DNA of 64,000 bases, taken from assembly GCA_003561875.1 (NCBI GenBank), contig PWVL01000075.1:2042-66041 (forward strand). The letters run 5' to 3'. Under the pieces are notes generated by a model. That model made no database searches and was not told the origin of the DNA. It was given only the letters and a program-made list of their open reading frames with translations. Positions 48,613 to 57,768 of the stretch are shown here, piece after piece. Source of the DNA: Desulfuromonadales bacterium (lineage in GTDB: Bacteria; Desulfobacterota; Desulfuromonadia; Desulfuromonadales; Syntrophotaleaceae). Within the stretch, counting starts at the first letter, position 1. Every line of letters starts with the position of its first letter. A program made the position numbers and the translations under genes.

Positions 48613-49128
48613 TTATTGCGGCAGAGGCAAAGCCTTCCGTTCCCGCTCCTGTATGATTTTTTCGATGTCTTCCAATGCTCTGAGCTTGTCGGCCAATGAC
48701 CCGGAGCGTTCCCGCTCCGCGCCCAGTTCCCGCTTCAACCGCTGCTGATGCAAGATCATTGCCTCGAGCAATTCCGCCAGGGCGAGCAGATCTTCGGGAA
48801 ATTCGGCACGCTGCCGCGCCTCCTGCACCCGGCGCAACGCCAGATTCGAATCGTTGAATGAACTTTCCGGCCGCAAAGCAACGCAAGCCAGCACCAGCCC
48901 TGCTCCTTCACCGCCCGGGAGGGCGGCGTCTTCCTGCAGTCGGCGATACTCGACACGCCGCTCCGCCTCCGGCAGCCGCCCGATCCGCCGGCTCTCCCGC
49001 AGCACCCAGGCCGCGTCCCTTTCCAACCCGACCGGACGTAAATCCCTGCGTTCACCCATCGCAGCGCAACCACCCGACAATATCCCCAGCGTCAAGAGAA
49101 CCGCGAACCACCTGAAACAACCCGTCAT
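48613..49128 (-). CDS. Probable lipoprotein encoded between kinase and regulator (YfhG/QseG-like position)
   Basis: MTGCFRWFAVLLTLGILSGGC is a lipobox-like signal. The mature part is helical and charged. ATGA overlap with the kinase stop. Confidence 0.6.
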   Translation of the reverse strand: MTGCFRWFAVLLTLGILSGGCAAMGERRDLRPVGLERDAAWVLRESRRIGRLPEAERRVEYRRLQEDAALPGGEGAGLVLACVALRPESSFNDSNLALRRVQEARQRAEFPEDLLALAELLEAMILHQQRLKRELGAERERSGSLADKLRALEDIEKIIQERERKALPLPQ

Positions 49129-50573
49129 GGCCTCAACTCTCCTTCTTCCCGTGGCAACAACACCTGAAAACAAGCACCGCCCAGCAGACCGGCACACAGG
49201 CGGATGTGGCCGTTGTGATCCCGAACATACTCCTTGACAATGGACAGGCCGAGACCGGTTCCGGAGACCGGACCGACATGAGGGGTTCCCGTCTGATAAA
49301 AAGGCCGGTAAATTTTACTGTGCTCATCTTCGGGAATGCCTGGTCCGCTGTCGCTGACTTCAAGCATAATCTGATTTTTGTTGCCGACCAGACGAACCCG
49401 AATCTCCCCTTCCGGCGGAGTGAATTTAACTGCGTTGGACAGCAGGTTGTCGACCACCACCGCCAGCCGCTCACCGTCGCCCCGCACCGTCAGCGGCGTC
49501 AGCTTCAACTCCAGTCGAATCTGTTTTTTCATGATCATGGCACGATGATCGGCCACCACCGTTTCGACCAGATAGGCGAAATCGAGCCGGTCGCGGCGGC
49601 AGGTCGGTCTTTCCGCCTGAGCCCTGCTGTAGCCGAGCAGATTGTCGATAAGTTTTTGCAACTGCAAACCGTTGCGGCGCAGAATGCCGACCACCTCCTG
49701 CTGAGCTTCACTGAGCGGACCGACGGCCTCATCGGCCAGCAACTCCGAGCCTTCCCGTAGCGAAGAAAGGGGGGTTTTGAGTTCATGGGAGACGTGGGCC
49801 AGAAAACGGCTCTTGTCCCGCTCCACTTCTCCAAGACGCACCCGCAGCCAGTCAAGGCGCAGGCCCAGATATTCCAGGTCCCGCGGACCGCCAATGCGAA
49901 CCGGTTCCTGAAAATCCCCCTCACCGAGGCGGTTAATGGCCTGGGCAAGTTGGCGAATGGGCTTGGCCAGCAGAGTCGTAAACAGCGACACGATCACGGT
50001 CGTGACCACCACCAGCAGCAGCGGCAGCCAGGCCAGAAAACTTCGGGCCTGACGGGTCGCCTCCTGCATGGCCTCCGCTTCCCTGACAACCAGCACCTGG
50101 CTGTCCAGATAAATCTGCCGGGCCTGGGCGCTGAGCTGAGCAAAACGATCCATGGGGGGCTGTTCAGTCACCGGCAGATCGGGAAAGATCTTGAGCCAGT
50201 GCAGATAGAGAGCCTCCTCCTCGTCCTTGAGGGTGAGTAGTCGCCGCCGCTGCTCCTCATCCCCGGACAAATCAAGCATCCGGTCGATGGTCTGGACAAA
50301 CTGCAGGTGGCGGGCGCTGATATCCTGCAGCAGTTCGGGATCCCCGAGGACCTGATACTGGCGGGCGCGACGCTCCATGAACAGCAATTCATCCAACAGG
50401 CTGCGGCTGCCCTGGATCATGGCCACCGAACGGTGAATCGCATCGCTGCTGCGACGGGCCAGCCGGGACATGAAAATCTCCGCGTTGACCAGGGCCAGAA
50501 GCAACGGCAGGGAAACCACGGCAAAACCGATCAGGACCAGTGTCAAAAACGATTTGGGACGGTAAAAACGCAT
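49125..50573 (-). CDS. Sensor histidine kinase (2 TM, periplasmic domain, HAMP, HisKA, HATPase_c)
   Basis: H-box HVSHELKTPLSSL, N-box LLSNAVKFTP, and G-boxes DSGPGI and GTGLGLSIV. The start is at MRFYRPKSFLTLVLIGF (ATG 50573). Confidence 0.9.
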   Translation of the reverse strand: MRFYRPKSFLTLVLIGFAVVSLPLLLALVNAEIFMSRLARRSSDAIHRSVAMIQGSRSLLDELLFMERRARQYQVLGDPELLQDISARHLQFVQTIDRMLDLSGDEEQRRRLLTLKDEEEALYLHWLKIFPDLPVTEQPPMDRFAQLSAQARQIYLDSQVLVVREAEAMQEATRQARSFLAWLPLLLVVVTTVIVSLFTTLLAKPIRQLAQAINRLGEGDFQEPVRIGGPRDLEYLGLRLDWLRVRLGEVERDKSRFLAHVSHELKTPLSSLREGSELLADEAVGPLSEAQQEVVGILRRNGLQLQKLIDNLLGYSRAQAERPTCRRDRLDFAYLVETVVADHRAMIMKKQIRLELKLTPLTVRGDGERLAVVVDNLLSNAVKFTPPEGEIRVRLVGNKNQIMLEVSDSGPGIPEDEHSKIYRPFYQTGTPHVGPVSGTGLGLSIVKEYVRDHNGHIRLCAGLLGGACFQVLLPREEGELRP

Positions 50574-50654
50574 GCAACCCCCGGCTGAGAGCAAGGTGGC
50601 GGACATCTGGAACTCACCGGAGGAGCCCTGCGAGTTGTTCCCGACCAAAGGCCG

Positions 50655-51986
50655 TTACGGGGCCAAGGGCCAGTCGCTCTCAAAACCCTGCGGAAAAAAA
50701 TTGTCCCGCGTACGATTGAAGTAGCCATACTGGACGCGCGGAATCCGTGCCTTCACCCGGTCCAGCATTGCCGCCATACCCATGCCTTCCCCCTCGCCCC
50801 CCAGAGCCTTCCAGTAAAGCGCCGGATCGATACTGAGGTTGCGCATCTGGATCAGGTCGATACCGGTCTCCTCAAGGAGTTCGATAAGGGTCTCCACCTC
50901 ATCTTCCCGGTCGGTGATTCCAGGAAACACCAGATAGTTGAGCATGGTGAAAAGTCCGGCTCGCCTGGCCCGACGAAGGGATTCACGAACATCGGCAAAG
51001 CGATAGCCGCAAGGCCGGTGATAGCTGTTGTAAAATGCCTCCTGAACCGAGTTCATGGAGACCCGCAGCGAATCGATACCGGCCTCGATGAGGCGCTCCA
51101 CAGCGTCAGGATCGGAGGCATTGGAGTTGAAGTTGATGGTACCCCGACCGGTGCGACGACGCATTTCCCTAACCGCGTCGCAGATCCGGTCGGCCTGCAG
51201 AATCGGATCCCCCTCACATCCCTGGCCAAAGGAGACAATGGCGTTCTCGGCCTGCTCCAGGTGGGGCACGGCAATACCTGCCAGTTCCTCCACGGTGGGA
51301 ACAAAACTAATCCGTTCCTGACTTGCGGGGCAACATTCGGGCGCCTCCTGCAGGGAGATGCAGCCGAGACAACGGGCGTTGCATTGAGGGGAGGTCGGCA
51401 GCGGCGCTTCCCAGCGACGGAAAAACAGATTCTTGGCGGCAAAGCAGTGGTAGTCAAGGGCACAACGAGCCAGTTGTTCGAGAAGCCGGTTGTCCGGCTG
51501 CTCCGCAAGCAGACGCCGCACCAGAGGATCGAGTTGCCGGTCGTCGAAATGATCGGGTTGCCACTGGGTATTGCGATCCACCCGCACCGCCGCCGCGTAG
51601 AATCGCTGTTCTTCCACGCACCAGCCCACCGCCGTGTAAGCCCAGAGGGGCAACTGCACTCGCTTGCGACCGTAATCGGCGGCGGGGATCAGGGTGCGCG
51701 TGAACCCGGGGGTCAGAAACGCCGATACGGCCTGCACCGGCCCGCCCCCGAAGGCCCGGGGAAGACGTCGCAGGGTTGTCGTGCGGCCGCTGCGGGGGTC
51801 AAAACCGATGGGGGGCGTATCGGGAACCGTAAACAGGCGGCTTCCTTCTGGAAGGGGAATCAGCTCCGAGGGCCGGGGCCGGCGACTCTCCATGCCGTTC
51901 ATACCGACCATGAGCAGATCGGGATGCTCAAAAACCTCGCCGTCCCGATCCGCCACGACCGCGAGAATGGTTTGCCTTCGGGGCAT
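50655..51986 (-). CDS. Radical SAM protein with an uncharacterised ~200-aa N-terminal domain
   Basis: CNARCLGC (CxxxCxxC) followed by GQGCEGDP and TIM-barrel-like repeats. AAGGA lies 8 nt upstream of ATG 51986. Confidence 0.8.
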   Translation of the reverse strand: MPRRQTILAVVADRDGEVFEHPDLLMVGMNGMESRRPRPSELIPLPEGSRLFTVPDTPPIGFDPRSGRTTTLRRLPRAFGGGPVQAVSAFLTPGFTRTLIPAADYGRKRVQLPLWAYTAVGWCVEEQRFYAAAVRVDRNTQWQPDHFDDRQLDPLVRRLLAEQPDNRLLEQLARCALDYHCFAAKNLFFRRWEAPLPTSPQCNARCLGCISLQEAPECCPASQERISFVPTVEELAGIAVPHLEQAENAIVSFGQGCEGDPILQADRICDAVREMRRRTGRGTINFNSNASDPDAVERLIEAGIDSLRVSMNSVQEAFYNSYHRPCGYRFADVRESLRRARRAGLFTMLNYLVFPGITDREDEVETLIELLEETGIDLIQMRNLSIDPALYWKALGGEGEGMGMAAMLDRVKARIPRVQYGYFNRTRDNFFPQGFESDWPLAP

Positions 51987-52295
51987 AAGAGAATCCTTGT
52001 TCGACGGCATGGGAAGGCACAAAGCGTCTCAGACCGGATCCGCGACGGTTGGTAAAGGGCAAGCCAACGAATAAATCGCAAACAGACACAAGCCACTGCG
52101 GGAATAAGGGATTCGGCCCACCGGACACCCTCGGCGCCAAGGCCTCGGGATCTGGCTTAACAGTGACCTTTTGCGAAGAGCTATCCGGCCGTTGCGCTGG
52201 CAGCCAGCATAGCACAGCGCCATGGCCAGAGCAATCGTCCGGCCGTCGTTAAAAAGGGCTTTTATCTGGCCTCCCGCTTGGCTTATGCTGACCCC

Positions 52296-53990
52296 ATGCG
52301 AATTCTGCTGACTACCCTGCACAGCAAATATATCCACGCCAGCCTGGCCCTGCCACTGCTGGCCGCCTACTGCCGGGATCTTGGCGCCGAGCTGTGCATT
52401 CGGGAATTTACCGTTCACGAGCCCCGTGAACAGATTCTCGGCGCCCTGCTTGCCGAGGCCCCCGATGCCATCGCCTTCTCCGTCGCCATCTGGAACCGTC
52501 GCCAGACCCTGGAACTGGCCGACATGCTGGTGGCGGTTCGTCCCGACCTGCGCATCGTCGTCGGCGGGCCGGAAGTCAGTTTCGACGGGCCGGAACTGCT
52601 GGCGAGGCACTCCGCTCTCCATGCCCTGGTGCGCGGCGAGGGCGAAGAACCTCTGCGCGGGCTGCTGGTCGCCTGGTTGCAGAACCGCGCCCCGGAGCAG
52701 GTGCCGCGCCTGACCTGGCGCGACGGCGAAACCATCCGGGAGAATCCCGACGGTCCGGTTCTGGCGGTGCTGGACCGGATTCCATCTCCCTTTGAACTCG
52801 GCCTGGTCGATCTGACCCGCGGCTTTGTCTACCTGGAGACATCTCGTGGCTGTCCCTATCGTTGCGCCTTTTGCATGAGTGCCCTGGAAACGACAGTGCG
52901 CTCCTATTCCATGGAGCGCATTCGCCGCGACCTGGACCTGCTGATGGGCCAAGGGGTATCCCGAATCAAACTGGTGGACCGCACCTTCAATTACGACCCG
53001 GATAGAGCCCGGCAGATTTTCGAACATATCCTGCGCCACAACCGTGGCAGTCATTTTCATTTCGAGATCGGCGGCCACCTTCTCGACGAAAAAACCCTGC
53101 AGTTGCTCACCGAAGTGCCCCCCGCCACCTTTCGGTTCGAAATCGGCGTTCAGTCGACTTTGCCTGACACCCTGCGGGCCATCCATCGTCCGGCGGCACT
53201 GGACTTGCTGGAAAAAAATGTCCGGCAGCTGCGCAAAATGAGCGCCATCGAACTGCATCTTGATCTGATCGCCGGCCTGCCGGGAGAAGGTTTCGGGGAG
53301 TGCCTGCGTTCCATCGACCGGGTCGCGGCACTGCGTCCCCACCACCTGCAGTTGGAACCGGTGAAATTGCTCCCCGGTTCTCCCCTGCGGCGGGACGCAG
53401 CCCGTTATGGCATCCGCTTCGACCCCCACCCGCCCTACGGGGCCCTCGTCACCAACCATCTGAGCTTTGCCGAACTCGAACGCCTGCGAGGCATCGGCCG
53501 ACTGCTCGACCTGGTTTACAATGAACAACGCGGGCAACCCTTTTTGGAGGCTTTGAGCTCCATCTGCGGCTCCCTCGGCGAAGGTCTGGAACGCCTCGAG
53601 GCCTTCTGGCGGGCGCAGGACCTGTTCCGCCGCCCCCTTGCCCAGCGGGAACTTTTCGAACGACTCTGGGAATTTTCCCGTTGCCATTTCTCCACCGCGC
53701 AACAGCAGCATCTGGGCGAAAGTCTGGCCTGGGGACTGGCAACAAGCGAACGCATTGCCCAGGACAAAGCCCCGGATTTCTTCACCACCGACCTCGCCGC
53801 CGAGGAAAAACAGCGGGTTCGGGAACGGCTGCAACGGGTTCAAGCCACTCTCAAGGGACGAGGCTTCAAGGTGCAACACCTGGCAGCCCGCTTTCATCAT
53901 CGTCCCGATTTGCCGGAGGCGGGTGTGGTTCTTTTCCTCTATCTCACCCGGCCCGGGAGTCCTATGCTGATTCGCCACAGCCTCCTCTGA
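52296..53990 (+). CDS. B12-binding-domain radical SAM protein (DUF4080-type C-terminus)
   Basis: N-terminal Rossmann-like B12-binding region (MRILLTTLHSKYIHASLALPLLAAY...), the radical SAM cluster SRGCPYRCAFC, and a long C-terminal helical extension. Confidence 0.85.
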   Translation: MRILLTTLHSKYIHASLALPLLAAYCRDLGAELCIREFTVHEPREQILGALLAEAPDAIAFSVAIWNRRQTLELADMLVAVRPDLRIVVGGPEVSFDGPELLARHSALHALVRGEGEEPLRGLLVAWLQNRAPEQVPRLTWRDGETIRENPDGPVLAVLDRIPSPFELGLVDLTRGFVYLETSRGCPYRCAFCMSALETTVRSYSMERIRRDLDLLMGQGVSRIKLVDRTFNYDPDRARQIFEHILRHNRGSHFHFEIGGHLLDEKTLQLLTEVPPATFRFEIGVQSTLPDTLRAIHRPAALDLLEKNVRQLRKMSAIELHLDLIAGLPGEGFGECLRSIDRVAALRPHHLQLEPVKLLPGSPLRRDAARYGIRFDPHPPYGALVTNHLSFAELERLRGIGRLLDLVYNEQRGQPFLEALSSICGSLGEGLERLEAFWRAQDLFRRPLAQRELFERLWEFSRCHFSTAQQQHLGESLAWGLATSERIAQDKAPDFFTTDLAAEEKQRVRERLQRVQATLKGRGFKVQHLAARFHHRPDLPEAGVVLFLYLTRPGSPMLIRHSLL

Positions 53991-54230
53991 GCCGCTTTGA
54001 TGTCCCGGCCAGATCGCCAAAAAGCTTTTCTTCGGACTTTTCAAACCCGCAAGCTGTATATTCGTTCTGATCACAGACCGGTTTCGACAGCTCGAAAAAT
54101 GGTCTCGTCCACACTGGCATCAACAGTGCCGGCGGTGCTAAAGTAACCTCCGACAATTCCCCTCGGCCATGGCCGACATCCCGCCCGCGGCCTAAGAATT
54201 TTTGCCGCGGAACTTTATCCGGAATTCAAC

Positions 54231-55028
54231 ATGGATCGCAATCCAATCCGTTCTGCCCAGAGCATCCCCCTGCTGCAGATCGATAATTTGCATTTCGCCA
54301 TTGACCGGCAACCCATTCTGCGGAATATCAGCACCTGCTATTCCGCAGGCGCCATACACGGTCTTATTGGCCCCAACGGCTCGGGCAAGTCTTCCCTGCT
54401 GAAGACCCTCTGTCGCATCTGGCATCCCCGTTCCGGGCAAGTGCTCATCGACGGCCGGGACTATCGCCACCTGAGCCGCAAGGCCCTGAGCCGCCGCGTT
54501 ACTCTGGTACAGCAGGACACCCAAGTGGATTTTGCAATACGAGTGGCCGACTTTGTCGCCCTGGGGCGCTACCCGCACCTGCGGCGCCTGCAGGGTCCAG
54601 GGCGACGGGACCTGACGGTGATCGACGAAGCACTGAACCAAACCGGAACCGCCCCCTTGCGGAAGCGCTGGATCAACGAGCTTTCCGGCGGGGAAAGCCA
54701 GTTGGTCCACCTTGCCCGGGCACTGGCCACGGAGGCTCCGCTGATCCTGCTGGACGAGCCGACCAGCGCCCTCGATATTCGGCATAAACTGGATATCATG
54801 GAGTTATTGACATATCTGCGGGAAAACGGCAAAACCATCCTGCTCAGCATTCACGACCTGGATATGGCCCGGCGCTACTGCGACAGTGTGACCATTTTGC
54901 GCCATGGGGAAATTTTTTTTCACGGATCAGCTTCGTGCGCCTTTGATCGGCAGCGGATCAGGGAGGTTTTTGATGTCGAAGTGGAAGAACGGTTCAGCGA
55001 CCGCGGCATCTCCATGCTCTTTTATTAA
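54231..55028 (+). CDS. ABC transporter ATP-binding protein (FecE/BtuD-type)
   Basis: Walker A GPNGSGKSS, signature LSGGESQ and Walker B LILLDEPTSALD. Confidence 0.92.
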   Translation: MDRNPIRSAQSIPLLQIDNLHFAIDRQPILRNISTCYSAGAIHGLIGPNGSGKSSLLKTLCRIWHPRSGQVLIDGRDYRHLSRKALSRRVTLVQQDTQVDFAIRVADFVALGRYPHLRRLQGPGRRDLTVIDEALNQTGTAPLRKRWINELSGGESQLVHLARALATEAPLILLDEPTSALDIRHKLDIMELLTYLRENGKTILLSIHDLDMARRYCDSVTILRHGEIFFHGSASCAFDRQRIREVFDVEVEERFSDRGISMLFY

Positions 55029-55113
55029 GGTTGCGGCAATAACCGGCCTCCTCGGCAGAACAGCGGAATCTGCCCTGAACGGCGGGACGCAAACCATCGC
55101 CTGCCAGTACGAA

Positions 55114-56178
55114 ATGCCGTCCCTTTCCCGGTTCAACCGGGAAAGGACACCTTTTGCCGTCTTTTGTGCCGTTTTTCTACTGACCTTCTGGTGGTTTTCC
55201 GTACCGGCCGGCGCCGCCAAACCGCCTCTCCGCCAGGGCGCTTTTCCCCTGGAAATGGAGTCCTTGCTGACGGCCCTGGGCGATGCCCGCAGACCGGAAA
55301 ACTCGGAACAAAGCCGGTTTCCACGCACCCTCGTCTACCCTTATCTGGCTTACGACATGGCCGGCGATCGTCTGCGGGAGGAAACCCGCGAAGCCCACAT
55401 ACCGCGACAGCCCCGGCGCATCATTCCCCAATCTATCGGCATTACTGAAATACTCTGGGCAATCTGTCCTCCGGAACGGCTACTGGCCGTCCATCGCAGC
55501 ACTCGCAATCCCCGCTATTCCTTCATCGCCGAAACCCTCCCGGACTCCCTGCCAAGCTATGGCACCGGCGACGCGGAACGGGTAATCGGCTACCGGCCCG
55601 ATCTGGTTCTGACGACTTACTACTCGGACGAAAACTTTCTGCACCAACTGCAACGGGCGCAAGTCCCCACGGTGCAGCTGGGTTTTTTTGGCGATCTCGA
55701 ACAGATCGTAGAGCAGATCCTGCTTATCGGCCAACTCATCGGTGAAGAATCCGCTGCCGAGCAACTCGTAAACACCATGAATGAAAACCTTCAGGCCATT
55801 CGCGTGCACGTTGCAAACCGTAAGAGCGAAGTGCCCCTGCAGGTTCTTTTTTACGACCACATGGGTTACGTTGCCGGCCGCCGAACCACCTTTGACGCCA
55901 TCTGCCGCATACTCGGCGTCGTGAATGTCGCCGCCGATCAGGGCATCGATTATTTTAAGCAAATCGACCACGAAACCCTGTTGCGGTGGAACCCGGACAG
56001 GATTATCGTTCCCGCCGAAAGCCGTCTGGACCGGGATCTTTACCGAAGCCGGGTGCTGACCGGCGCTCGGGCGGTGCAGCAACGGCGCATTTACGGCATT
56101 CCGGATGTCTACCTGCTGAGCGCCTCTCAGTACCTGGTGGCCAGCGTCAATTACCTGGCCGGATTGCTCTATGACTGA
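55114..56178 (+). CDS. ABC transporter periplasmic binding protein (BtuF/FecB, cluster A type)
   Basis: Signal peptide MPSLSRFNRERTPFAVFCAVFLLTFWWFSVPAGA. PBP_2-like blocks (ILAVHRS..., PDLVLTTYY, WNPDRIIVP). Confidence 0.8.
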   Translation: MPSLSRFNRERTPFAVFCAVFLLTFWWFSVPAGAAKPPLRQGAFPLEMESLLTALGDARRPENSEQSRFPRTLVYPYLAYDMAGDRLREETREAHIPRQPRRIIPQSIGITEILWAICPPERLLAVHRSTRNPRYSFIAETLPDSLPSYGTGDAERVIGYRPDLVLTTYYSDENFLHQLQRAQVPTVQLGFFGDLEQIVEQILLIGQLIGEESAAEQLVNTMNENLQAIRVHVANRKSEVPLQVLFYDHMGYVAGRRTTFDAICRILGVVNVAADQGIDYFKQIDHETLLRWNPDRIIVPAESRLDRDLYRSRVLTGARAVQQRRIYGIPDVYLLSASQYLVASVNYLAGLLYD

Positions 56179-57217
56179 CAGTACTCCAGGTCATCGACAT
56201 ACCATACAGGTTACCTTTGCCATTACCATCCTGATTCTGGTGGCCGGACTGTTGTTTTCCCTGCGACTCGGGGCCTGGGATATTCCCTTTGACGAAATCC
56301 TCAGGGTGCCGGCCGCCAAGCTGTTCGGCCTTGGCGGCGATCTCGATCCCGCCATCGAAGCGATTGTCTGGCATGGCCGGCTCCCCCGAACCCTTACCGG
56401 GGCCCTGGTCGGCTTTGCCCTGGGCTGCGCCGGTACCATCATGCAGGGTCTTTTCAGAAACCCCATGGCCAGTCCGGGAGTCATCGGCACCAGTTCGGGA
56501 GCCGCCCTGGGGGCGGTCACCGCCATCTACTTCGGCTTCTCTTCCACGAACATTCTCGCGGTTCCCTTCACTGCAGTGCTGTTTGCTTTTCTTTCCATGG
56601 TCGTGGTGTTGCTGATTGCCACTACCGGCGGCCTGACCGCACGCTATACCCTGCTGCTGGCAGGGATCGCCTTCAATGCCATCTTCGGCGCCCTGACATC
56701 GCTGGTCATCATGCTGTCCACCGATGAATTCGCCATGACCCATCGTATCGTCGGCTGGCTGATGGGTGATTTGACAAACCGCTCCTGGGAGCATGTACAG
56801 ATCGTACTGCCCATTGTCGTGCTGGGCACCCTGGCCGCCAGGCTTCAGGCCCGCGAACTCAACCTGCTCATGCTCAGCGAGGACACGGCCTCGAATCTGG
56901 GAGTTACCGTGGTTCGCACCCGTGCGACCCTGCTCTTTATCGCCGCCACGCTCACCGGCGGAGCGATTGCCGTTGCCGGCACCATCGGCTTTGTGGGCTT
57001 GATCGCCCCGCACATCATGCGCCGACTGGTGGGTTCGGACCATCGCCCCCTGATACCCGCCGCCGGCTTGCTCGGAGCCCTGCTGGTGGTAATTGCCGAC
57101 TGCGCGGTTCGGTTCGGCGAAGGGGAACTGCGCATCGGCGTGCTGACCGCGCTGCTCGGAGGGCCCTTTTTTCTTTTTCTGATCCTCAGCGACCGAAAAA
57201 AATCTGTCGGCCTCTAA
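56171..57217 (+). CDS. ABC transporter permease (FecCD/BtuC family)
   Basis: 348 aa with about 9-10 TM segments. Conserved RLPRTLTGALVGFALGCAGTIMQGLFRNPMASPGVIG. 8-nt overlap with the binding-protein gene. Confidence 0.92.
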   Translation: MTDSTPGHRHTIQVTFAITILILVAGLLFSLRLGAWDIPFDEILRVPAAKLFGLGGDLDPAIEAIVWHGRLPRTLTGALVGFALGCAGTIMQGLFRNPMASPGVIGTSSGAALGAVTAIYFGFSSTNILAVPFTAVLFAFLSMVVVLLIATTGGLTARYTLLLAGIAFNAIFGALTSLVIMLSTDEFAMTHRIVGWLMGDLTNRSWEHVQIVLPIVVLGTLAARLQARELNLLMLSEDTASNLGVTVVRTRATLLFIAATLTGGAIAVAGTIGFVGLIAPHIMRRLVGSDHRPLIPAAGLLGALLVVIADCAVRFGEGELRIGVLTALLGGPFFLFLILSDRKKSVGL

Positions 57218-57507
57218 TCCTCTGTCGGACGGCGAGCGCCGCAAACAATAAAACTGTTTTTTTTCAAATTAATTTCAGACGCACTTTTTAATCAGGACCG
57301 TCCTCTTTAAACCCTTTCGTTCCACTTTGGAACGGATCAGTCCGTTAATTTAAACCAATACCGCCCGACAACCGTCTCGCATGGGTGAGTTAAACTGTTA
57401 ATTTTATTAAAATTTTTGATTTTTTTGAAACAATGGCCACCGAAAGTTTCCGGGTGGCTCGATTTTTGATTCTACCAAAAGTGCATCACGACTCGATATT
57501 ATTGGTG

Positions 57508-57536
57508 TTGAACTTTGCTTCGGCTTTTGATATAAC
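57508..57536 (+). promoter_or_regulatory. Candidate sigma-70 promoter for the riboswitch-aor transcript
   Basis: TTGAAC (57508-57513), a 17-nt spacer, then TATAAC (57531-57536), inside an AT-rich island. Confidence 0.4.
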
Positions 57537-57619
57537 GCAATTCTATATTTTCTGGAACCTGATCGCCGTCCCCTTCGGGCCGCCGGTTTTTCGAAACCAG
57601 CAGCTATTCTGTACGCTTT

Positions 57620-57719
57620 AATCTCCGAGCCTGTCAACCTACGGGGAAGGTCCTTATGGGTGCCAGGCCGACGGGCTCCGCCGGAAACAGCGGTGCCTCC
57701 CAGTCTTGGAAAGGAGATT
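57620..57719 (+). promoter_or_regulatory. Molybdenum/tungsten cofactor (Moco/Tuco) riboswitch-like element
   Basis: P1 AAUCUCC (57620-57626) pairs with GGAGAUU (57713-57719). P2 GAGCCUG (57627-57633) pairs with CGGGCUC (57672-57678). The conserved CUCCGAGCC, GGAAAC and GCCUCCC blocks of the Moco motif (as I recall the consensus) are present. It lies 50 nt upstream of aor. Confidence 0.7.
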
Positions 57720-57768
57720 TTTCCCGGACCGTTCCAAATGTAGGGCAACTTGGGAGGAAAACAAGACC

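Noticed and set aside
52029-54074. 681-aa minus-strand ORF
   Set aside because: It is antisense to the B12-binding radical SAM gene, which has clear CxxxCxxC and B12-domain motifs. The antisense translation has no recognisable domain and a biased composition.
53990-54231. Second cobalamin riboswitch upstream of the ABC importer
   Set aside because: There is no B12 box (AGCCNGNAGACCUGCC-like) or GGUGAAA/GCCACUG core, only a chance CCACACTGGC string.
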